A DNA stretch of 63,907 bases, counting the filler, from Welwitschia mirabilis (Eukaryota): the NCBI GenBank assembly GCA_051453625.1. It is 5 parts of one record of this genome, joined end to end, with 100 filler letters (N's around TTAATTAATTAA, not from the genome) between each part and the next. Parts side by side here need not be neighbours in the genome. Positions count along the whole stretch, not along the records: positions 29,353 to 55,781 come from JBOZIK010000001.1; positions 55,882 to 57,571 come from JBOZIK010000001.1; positions 57,672 to 61,856 come from JBOZIK010000001.1; positions 61,957 to 63,907 come from JBOZIK010000001.1; 1 more part is not named here. One strand, 5' to 3'. Each line of letters begins with the position of its first letter. Positions within the stretch are counted from its first letter, which is position 1. Of the stretch, positions 55,180 to 63,907 are shown piece by piece. A program made the position numbers and the translations under genes. The notes below the pieces were generated by a model. It was not told where the DNA came from. It searched no databases and saw only the letters and a program-made list of their open reading frames with translations.

Positions 55180-55781
55180 CAGTTTGACTAAACCTAATGC
55201 AAAATGTTGGGATGGATTTTTATTAGAACAAAGCAAGCAATCAGATAGATATGCAAGCGATCAGATGAGTGGTCAACTAGACCCTAGGGAGTCGATCAGA
55301 CATGGATCTGTAAGAAACTAGGATGATTAAAAGTTCACTCAAGAGAAATATTTAAGCAATGACACTAGAAGGGATCGATCAGATATTTAAGGGGTTGACC
55401 AATCAAAATAGAAACACAAATTTTATATCTATTATGTAGCTATTTTGTAGTTATTAGAAGCACATTTTCAATTAAAATAATCCCAAAAGACTTCCATTAT
55501 AAATAGCCAAGAGCAAAATTACTATATAAACCTTTTGTAAAACTATTAAATCTTCTAGATTGATTATTATACTATTTGACATTACATTCCTAACCAAAGA
55601 TGAACATCTGTTATATTACATACAAGGTCAGATCTGTAGCACTCTGTTATTTGTAGATTGTATCATCTAGAGGGTAAGTACTTCATTACTTTCATTAAGC
55701 CAAAGAATGAGTGATATTAGTGAACTTGGACATTCTATCATCGCTACCATGATTACTTAAAAAGATTGAGATATAGCCTAC
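55180..55781 (+). repeat. Right part of the split SIRE-like LTR
   Basis: GGTCAACTAGACC, GAGTCGATCAGAC and GGGGTTGACC motifs, then TATAAATAG at ~55498. Confidence 0.5.
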
Positions 55782-55825
55782 NNNNNNNNNNNNNNNNNNN
55801 NNNNNNNNNNNNNNNNNNNNNNNNN

Positions 55826-55837
55826 TTAATTAATTAA
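55826..55837. other. Artificial scaffold linker
   Basis: TTAATTAATTAA flanked by 44 N on each side. Confidence 0.95.
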
Positions 55838-55881
55838 NNNNNNNNNNNNNNNNNNNNNNNNNNNNNNNNNNNNNNNNNNNN

Positions 55882-56586
55882 CATTCCTACTTCAACTAGG
55901 TAAAATAATCTTCTTCATGTTCTTTGTGTCTATTTCCCCTCTACTTTTCTTCTATTTTCATGTTTACTATTTCTTAGTCATTTTTCCACTTTCTTCTTTC
56001 TTTGTTTAATAGTTTTGTAGTTTTTCATTTCGGTCATTTTTATTTTCATTAGTTTAGGCAATTCGAGACACATTGCACATTTTAAGTGGGGAGCAGGATG
56101 CATATATATTTTCAAATTGCATATTTCTGATCTAATTTTTTTGATCATAATGAATCATTATTGCAAATCTTACTTAATTTTTACATAATTATATTTAAAT
56201 ATATATCACAAGAGGAGCTCTTTTCTAGAATTTTTTAACTAATGCAAAATCTGTTTTCTTTCACAGGTTTCAGAATTTGAAAATCTTTTAAGAAGTCTAT
56301 TGTCCCCATTATCGTCCAGATGACAATCCGGATGATAGACATACATCTGATACTTAATAGGTATTTTATTTAGTTTTTTTAAATTTTTAGAAATTTAGAT
56401 TCAGATACATTACAGATACAATTTTTTGTCACATGTTTCCTTTATATATCCTAGTTTTTATTATTTAAAAAGTTAGCTTGCAAACACAGTTTACCACCTA
56501 GTTTTATCAGGGACTGACAAGGCTAAGTGAGGGGCTATATTGCGATGCCAACTTAAGTGTATTTGATAGGGTATTTTGAGTTGTTT
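55882..56586 (+). mobile_element. Athila-like 3'UTR, PPT and LTR start (same subfamily as F)
   Basis: Reverse-complement match to ~27127-27830; PPT AAGTGAGGGGCTA; LTR begins at 56538. Confidence 0.8.
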
Positions 56587-56890
56587 NNNNNNNNNNNNNN
56601 NNNNNNNNNNNNNNNNNNNNNNNNNNNNNNNNNNNNNNNNNNNNNNNNNNNNNNNNNNNNNNNNNNNNNNNNNNNNNNNNNNNNNNNNNNNNNNNNNNNN
56701 NNNNNNNNNNNNNNNNNNNNNNNNNNNNNNNNNNNNNNNNNNNNNNNNNNNNNNNNNNNNNNNNNNNNNNNNNNNNNNNNNNNNNNNNNNNNNNNNNNNN
56801 NNNNNNNNNNNNNNNNNNNNNNNNNNNNNNNNNNNNNNNNNNNNNNNNNNNNNNNNNNNNNNNNNNNNNNNNNNNNNNNNNNNNNNNNNN

Positions 56891-57571
56891 AGTTGATTTC
56901 AAGAAGAAATATGTAACCTTAGTATACTTAAGATAAATTGCGATGCATGAAATAAAATAATGATGCAAAACTAATCTATGAAAATAAATAGTAATACACC
57001 TAATCTACTTAAGCTCAACCTTAACGAAGGCTACTCTCATAATCTATATAATTAAAGAAACCTGTCATGAATGTAGAATAACAAAAACTATGAGGGATAA
57101 GTTCCTGCAATTATTAAAAAGAGTAATTCATATTAAAATGTAAAAGAGCATCTGTATCTCAAAAAGGTCGTTCCTCAATGGAGGATACGCTGCCCAACAC
57201 CAAGGTAATATCTCTCTGGATTACAAGATGGTTCTCGGNNNNNNNNNNNNNNNNNNNNNNNNNNNNNNNNNNNNNNNNNNNNNNNNNNNNNNNNNNNNNN
57301 NNNNNNNNNNNNNNNNNNNNNNNNNNNNNNNNNNNNNNTGCAATTATTAAAAAGAGTAATTCATATTAAAATGTAAAAGAGCATCTGTATCTCAAAAAGG
57401 TCATTCCTCAATGGAGGATACGCTGCCCAACACCAAGGTAATATCTCTCTGGATTACAAGATGGTTCTCGGGTCCCAAGATCTCCTATCATGAGAATGGT
57501 AGGTACTATCGAAGATGATTAGGGATCGAAGAGGAGACCGTTATGTATAGGTGAAAAGGGAAAAGGGACTA
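56891..57571 (-). repeat. Minus-strand LTR fragment
   Basis: Colinear with ~980-1440 (AATTGCGATGCATGAA..., CTCAATGGAGGA..CCCAACACCAA). Confidence 0.75.
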
Positions 57572-57615
57572 NNNNNNNNNNNNNNNNNNNNNNNNNNNNN
57601 NNNNNNNNNNNNNNN

Positions 57616-57627
57616 TTAATTAATTAA
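57616..57627. other. Artificial scaffold linker
   Basis: TTAATTAATTAA flanked by N runs. Confidence 0.95.
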
Positions 57628-57672
57628 NNNNNNNNNNNNNNNNNNNNNNNNNNNNNNNNNNNNNNNNNNNNT

Positions 57673-58745
57673 TACTTTACTTTTCTAGATTCTATTGTTG
57701 TTTTGAGATGATAGCTTGTAAGTTCCTCTTTTAACAGCTTTTTATTTTATCATTCATTGTTTGATAACATTAGACATACTTTACATTGTCATAATCATTA
57801 CCCATTCGAGTGGAACTATATGAATTTTTTCATTATGTCATGCATTCTTATTAGGTGATTTTATAATTTTTTTTAAGAAAATTTGCTAAGGATTAATTTT
57901 GGTTAGGTAAGTAAATCTTCTTCATGTCCCTAGTTATCCATTTCTCATTATGTTTTTCCTTAGTTGTTTTGTTTGGGATTTTTCAACGTCATTACACTAT
58001 TTTTTTCTACATCATAATTAGAACCTAATCATTTGGTAGCTCTTTAGTTTTCTTTTTATTTTTACTTATAGGTTTTCTTTATAAGGGCTATTTTTCTTTT
58101 CTACACTATTAATTAATGCATTTCTTTCCCCTTGCTTGATGTGATCTTTTTGTTTTATGCTAATGTTTGTATTATATAGTTTTGATAGTTTTGCATTCAT
58201 CCACTTACAGATTTTCAAATACTCATGGACTCTAGGCCACATTGAAGGAATACGTATGAGCATTTCTTTCTATATTTTATGCATGATTATGATCTCATCA
58301 GTTTCTTTCTCCATGATTCTATTTTTAAATATAAATTCTTCACATTTTTTTCCTTCTGTTTTTTCCTACCAAATTTTTAATACTTGCTTGCTATTAAATT
58401 TTTCTAGAATTTTTTTATAATCAGTCCAAACAACTTATTTTATAAACTATCATCTTGCTATGTTGTCCCCATGATAGAGGGGATGACAGTCATTCTTTTT
58501 CCTTTTTGCAATTTAGGACGTCTTGCTTTTCATGTTAGGCATAGGGGGTGGAGGGGAGGTGGGGATTGAGGAATGCAGGACGGCTTTCAACCTTTCTTCT
58601 AAAATATTACAGCAAAAATATATTATTTTTTTAAGGATTATTTTGATCTTAGATGATACATACTTATAATGCGTTATTTGAATATGATACTTGAATACAT
58701 TTTATGGAATTTATTTGGCAAGAGCAGGTAACACATTTACTAAGT
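57673..58745 (+). mobile_element. Athila-like 3'UTR fragment
   Basis: Diverged direct copy of ~59150-60185. Confidence 0.8.
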
Positions 58746-58845
58746 TNNNNNNNNNNNNNNNNNNNNNNNNNNNNNNNNNNNNNNNNNNNNNNNNNNNNNN
58801 NNNNNNNNNNNNNNNNNNNNNNNNNNNNNNNNNNNNNNNNNNNNN

Positions 58846-61800
58846 NATGCCCTTTCATGTTATATCTTAAAATATAATCCTCATAATGTCCTACCGCAAG
58901 CACACCGAGGTAAATATTCCTGAGAGGGGCCTTTAGCAGTGCGATATGGTAGCTGTGGGAACTTCATTGGGGGGTTAGTTGGCCATGCTGTATGGGTTCT
59001 TACTCCTCTGATAGTGGTTGCACTCCCCTCATCATGATAATAATAAAATTGTAGTTAGAGGCTACGAGATCAGTGGTGTCCCTGGTGTCATCAGAGGTAT
59101 TTCTTATTTTCTAGACTCTTTTTTTTTTATTTAGTAGTACTTCCACATGATCACTTTACTTTTTTGGATTCTAGTGTTGTTTTGAGATGATAGCTTGTAA
59201 GTTCCTATTTTAATAGCTTTTTGTCTTATCATTCATTGTTTGATAACATTAGACATACTAGACATCATCATAATCAATGCCCATTCGAGTGGAAATTTAT
59301 GAATTTTTTCATTATGTCATGCATTCGTATTAGGTAATTTTATGATTTCTTCCAAGGGACTTTGCTAAGGATTAATTTTGGATAGGTAAGAAAATATTCT
59401 TCATGTTCCTAGTTGTCAATTTCTCATTATATTTTTCCTTAGTTATTTTGTTTAGGATTTTTCAAAGTCATTATAGTATCTTTTTCTACATCATAATTAG
59501 AACTTAATCATTTGGTAGTTTTCTAGTTGTATTTTTATTTTCACTCGTATGTTTTCTTTATAAGGGCTATTTTTCTTTTTTGCACTATCAATTAATGCAT
59601 TTCTTTCCCCTTAATTAGTGTGATCTTTTTGTTTTCTACTAATGTTTTTGTTGTGTGGTTTTACATTCATCCACTTACAGATTTTCACGCACTCATGGAT
59701 TCTAAACCACATTGGAGGAATAGTTATGAGCATTTATATCTATATTTCATGTATGATTATAATCTCATGAGTTTCTTTCTCCCTGATTCTATTTTCAAAG
59801 ATAAATTCTTTACATTTTTTCCTTCTAATTTTGCCACATCTACAATACTTGCTTACTGTCAAATTTTTCCAGAATTTTTTTCTAATCAATCCAAATAACT
59901 TATTTTACAAATTGTCATCTTGATATGTCATCCCCATGACATAGGGGACAACAGTTATCCTTTTTCCTTTGTGCAATTTGGGATGTCTTGTTTTTCCTGT
60001 GGGAGGGGCAGGATAGCTCTCTGATTTTTCTTTTGAAATATTATAGCAAAAATCTATTATTTTTAAGGATTATTTTGAGCTTAAATGATACATATTTATA
60101 ATCTGCTGTTTGGACATAATTTCATCTTACTTAAATACATTTCATAAAATTTATTTAGTAGGAGCAGGTAGAACTCACTGATTTTTTTCAAAAAAGCTAT
60201 GTTTATGATCATTTAAAGAAATGCCATAATTACTCTTATCCTTTACCCTTGTAGAAAACATTGATGAACTTTTCATGAATTATTCTTTAAATATATTACT
60301 ACTTAAGCTTACATATCAATTTCAACATTATGTTTACACATTATCAGTTTTTGAAACTATCATTCATTGACTTGTTTATGTGTATGACATTTATTTAGAC
60401 TATTATGATGAGTTTAAGTAGGGGAATTATAACTACATTAGTAATTGTATTAATGGCTTGTTATCATCTATTCCTATATGATAAATAGAACTTAAATTCC
60501 ATTTCTTTAGTTGATGATTATCTTAGTCAAATTGGCTTGCAATTTAGTTGATCACCTGTTTTGTTAGGGACTGACAAGGCTAAGTAGAGGGCTATGTTGC
60601 GATGCTAATTTATAGGAATTTGATGATGTATTTGGAGTACTTTTGCAGGACATTTATATAGGTTTAGATGTAATTCTGCTGATTATGAAGAGATGACAAG
60701 ATGATCATGAAAACATATAATTCTTAGCATAATTAGAGGTATTTCAGGCATGATCTAATACTTAGCATAATGAAGGACGACTAAAGATAAAGATGACTAA
60801 TTTACGCTACTTAAGAAGCTTGGGAAGAGTGTCGTCCCCACTATCATCCCCACGACATAGCGGATGACAGCTCATAAAGATAACTACATAGGAACAGCTC
60901 ATGCACAACATTTGGATAACAACACATGATGGTAGGGCATCGTCCCCTTAGTCGTCTAGACAACAGAAAGGATAATGAATGTGAGGACAACCCATGTAGC
61001 TAACGATAGCACATGGGTACATAGTCCAAGGTATCATCTCCTATGTCATGTGGATGACCGATAGGACACAACCTCGGTAACATGCACAGGCAACTATGGA
61101 GCTAACAGTATCACATGGGTACACAAACCAAGGCAAGAAGGCAGCGTCGTCCCTACTATTGTGTGGACGATAGATGAGACAAAAATTATTCTTTACACTG
61201 CAATAATAAATTACATTGTCACGAGTGCCAAACGGGTCATGTGGGTGGCTAGGATTTTCTTAATGGATGTCTATGGTTATGGTTCATTGTAAAACTATAA
61301 ATACCCCTTTCATCCTTCACTTCCAACTATCTTTTATACTTAATATATTTGTGACAGAAGCTTGAAGGCAGGAGGTCCATCCAGTAGTTGCAAAAAGGGG
61401 TCTCCTTAGTATTGGGCTATGTCTCTTCCATTGAGGAGCTATTATTCTATTGTAAGTGGACGTAATGTTCTTTTTATTAATACAAATACTCTTTAATTCC
61501 AATCTGTGAATGTCCCTTATGCTTTAAGTTGATCATAGTTAAGTGACAGTTTTATGATTTATTTAGATCATGAGGGAAAGCTTTGTTAAGGTTCATCTTG
61601 GTTAGTAATAGGTTTTGCATTGCATTTTCATATTGCATCTCATGTTCTACTTGATAGTCTTTATGACAAAAAGGCTGAAAGCTAGTCCTTGTAACAGAAG
61701 GATTAAGATCTAAGTAGCATCTCATCTCATTTTTATTTTCATTTACTTGCATTTTATTTTCATTTTGCATTACATTTATTTTACTATTTTCTTTTAGTTA

Positions 61801-61856
61801 AGTAAAAGATAAAATACCAAAACTACCTTTGGAAATCAATTCTCTAACTCTGAGCC
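58846..61856 (+). mobile_element. Athila-like 3'UTR, PPT and 3' LTR (60595-61856, truncated by a linker gap)
   Basis: Best-preserved conserved block at 58882-59098; PPT AAGTAGAGGGCTA; TGTTGCGATG LTR start. Confidence 0.87.
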
Positions 61857-61900
61857 NNNNNNNNNNNNNNNNNNNNNNNNNNNNNNNNNNNNNNNNNNNN

Positions 61901-61912
61901 TTAATTAATTAA
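61901..61912. other. Artificial scaffold linker
   Basis: TTAATTAATTAA flanked by N runs. Confidence 0.95.
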
Positions 61913-63189
61913 NNNNNNNNNNNNNNNNNNNNNNNNNNNNNNNNNNNNNNNNNNNNATGTTAAAAAATTATTCCAAAAAAAATTAATTTAAAAATCTTAA
62001 TTTAAAAAACTTAATTTGAACTTTGCATTTTACCTGGTCTAGATCTCAATAGCAGAGGATAGATACTTTAGAAAATCAACAAATAAAGAGATTACCATAT
62101 TTTATATTTTGTGGTACAACTAATGGAAATGGTGTCTTCCCTTCATGTGAGCTTGATGGATTTTCTACACTTGTTATTATTTCTATTTATTAAACATCTC
62201 ATTTGGTTTTTATTGAGATCACTATGAGTTGAGTTATAAGAGGATTTTAGAAAATATCCGGAAGGATTTCAGAAGTCTCGATGGGTATAAAACATCGAGA
62301 ATTCCTTGCATTTTTTCATCATTGACTGCATCGAGAATTCCTTGCATTTTTTCATCATCAACTACAAAGGTCAGGGAATCTCAAATAGGATTCTAGGGGT
62401 CAGGTGAGGGTTTTCTACTATGGTGATTCTGATATGTTTGGTTGACATGGAGGATTCTAATAGGGTGAGAGGGAACATCACTCTACAACACATTCAGCCA
62501 TAGTAGTCACTGCCAAATGCTTACGAAATAAAATGAAATGAAATCTCATAGGAAGAGCCAGTGGAGGTGATAAATAGCCCTCGCTTGTTGCCTTGGGTTG
62601 AGAATTTAAATGCAAATTGATATTATAGAAGGATAGAGAGAGAAACGTGATGAGCATTGGGAAGGGTTTGCAAGGGATTTGGACCCATCCTAAGGCCTTT
62701 ATTGCTTGGCTTTGGAAATGATTATAGGCTTCTAGAAAACTAACACAAGCTTATTCTATAGTTGGTATGAATCAGAAATCGATCTTTCTTTCACTTAAAA
62801 AACAATAAGAAATGCTTTTCTTACATGTTTTGTTAACAAGAGAGTAAGCTAGCTCTCAAATTGTAATGAAATCTATCCTGCAAGGCATTGGAAGAATGCT
62901 CAAGGGCCATGATATGAGGCACGGAGAGGTAGTAGCAGTAGCAAAAGAAATTTTAAAACCTAGGATTTCAAAATGAATGTCACCTATATTTTAAGATATT
63001 CTTCGTTGCGAGAACATTACAAATGAAATCATAGAAAATTTCATTGAGAAAACGTATTGAGAAACGATTGTTAGAGAATATATTTAAGGTGTTTTTGTCT
63101 AGTTCTTATAGACGCTTTGTTGCACATCTAAATAAAAATAGGTTGATAATGCCATCCCGAACATTCAATGGCTGGGAATGGCCTCTTAG

Positions 63190-63561
63190 CCAAATTATTA
63201 CATAACATTTTTTTAATAAAAGAAAAGCATATTTATTACATAGCGGTTTTCTAATAAAAGAAAAACGTATTTATTATATAATGATTTTCTAATTAAAGAA
63301 AAATGTAATTATCAGATAACTGTTATATAGCTATTTTATAATTAAAGAAAAGTGTAATTATTACATAGTGATTGTCTAATTAAAGAAAAATATAATCACT
63401 ACATAATGTTTTTTTCTACTAAAACTAAGTTGATAGTTAAAGGTTGCTTTATAAAGTATCAAAACTGTTGTATAAATTTACCACAATAGCTAAAAAAAAG
63501 TGTCGCTACTCCAATCATTGTATTTCATAAATGGAAGCCACGATGATTATTTCTTGTGGTA
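63190..63561. mobile_element. Possible right end of a CACTA (En/Spm) transposon with ~35-bp subterminal tandem repeats
   Basis: About 6 units of TTATTACATAGCGGTTTTCTAATWAAAGAAAAAYGTA (63190-63420), then TTTCTTGTGGTA at 63550-63561, resembling the TIR TTTCTTGTAGTG. Confidence 0.4.
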
Positions 63562-63590
63562 GATTAACCTAATATTCAATGATCATTATA

Positions 63591-63708
63591 ATAACCCTTG
63601 TGTTAGATCAGCCTCTTACATGTTAGTTATTTAAATAACCCTTACGTTAGATCATCCTTTTACATGATGATTCTCTGAGTAACCCTAGGATAGAATAGCC
63701 TCTTACAA
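63591..63708. repeat. ~45-bp tandem repeat, about 3 units
   Basis: TAACCCTT..GTTAGATCAGCCTCTTACA repeated. Confidence 0.75.
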
Positions 63709-63907
63709 AAAGGATAGTATAAGCATTTTTTACTTTAAGAATGTAGAAACTATTAGCTAACTTTATAGAGGTCACCTAATCATGTATTACTAACCTTTAT
63801 TCAAGATTCCTCAATTAACTGCAGTGTAACATATTTGATTAATAAGTTGATATACTTAAATAATAAACATGGATGAAATACAATCTCAATGTCTATGTGC
63901 TTTAAAA

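Noticed and set aside
57106-57471. Near-identical ~130-bp direct repeat flanking a 100-N gap
   Set aside because: Most likely an unmerged contig overlap.
56538-57571. Apparent inverted LTR (plus-strand start, then minus-strand fragment)
   Set aside because: The switch falls inside a gap in a tiny scaffold; mis-orientation is more likely than a real foldback.
58882-59040. Hammerhead, twister or C/D snoRNA identity for the conserved block
   Set aside because: No CTGATGA...GAAA core, only superficial twister resemblance, and no properly placed C/D box pair; left as unclassified.
29297-61912. Four identical TTAATTAATTAA palindromes
   Set aside because: Each is centred in an exact 44N+12+44N spacer, so it is an assembly linker rather than biology. 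Adjacency across these points is unreliable.

Overview
AT-rich plant genomic window made almost entirely of nested, degenerate transposable elements, from a gapped draft assembly (many N gaps, four artificial N44-TTAATTAATTAA-N44 scaffold linkers). No intact protein-coding gene, rRNA, tRNA or CRISPR array is supported. The dominant component is one family of Ty3/gypsy non-chromovirus (Athila-like) LTR retrotransposons with ~1.1-1.4 kb TG...CA LTRs, a tRNA-Asp-type PBS, a PPT and gag-PR-RT-RNaseH-INT order. There are three near full-length pseudogenised copies (~1.9-11.3 kb, ~36.4-44.4 kb, ~44.5-52.3 kb), two derivatives lacking most of pol, and several LTR/3'UTR fragments on both strands. Also present are a 5'-truncated L1-type LINE inserted into one gypsy copy, a chromovirus-like relic, probable Copia/SIRE LTR relics and a possible CACTA end. 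The most interesting signal is a ~220-nt GC-rich non-coding block conserved in the 3'UTR of the gypsy copies (6 copies plus a divergent one). It shows nested complementary segments, apparent compensatory changes and possible pseudoknot arms, making it a candidate structured cis-acting RNA element. Other notable items are a tandem array of LTR-end/PBS-Met junctions, a family-wide ~40-bp palindromic motif, and an RT lacking the usual Athila insertion. All alignments were made by eye and boundaries are approximate.
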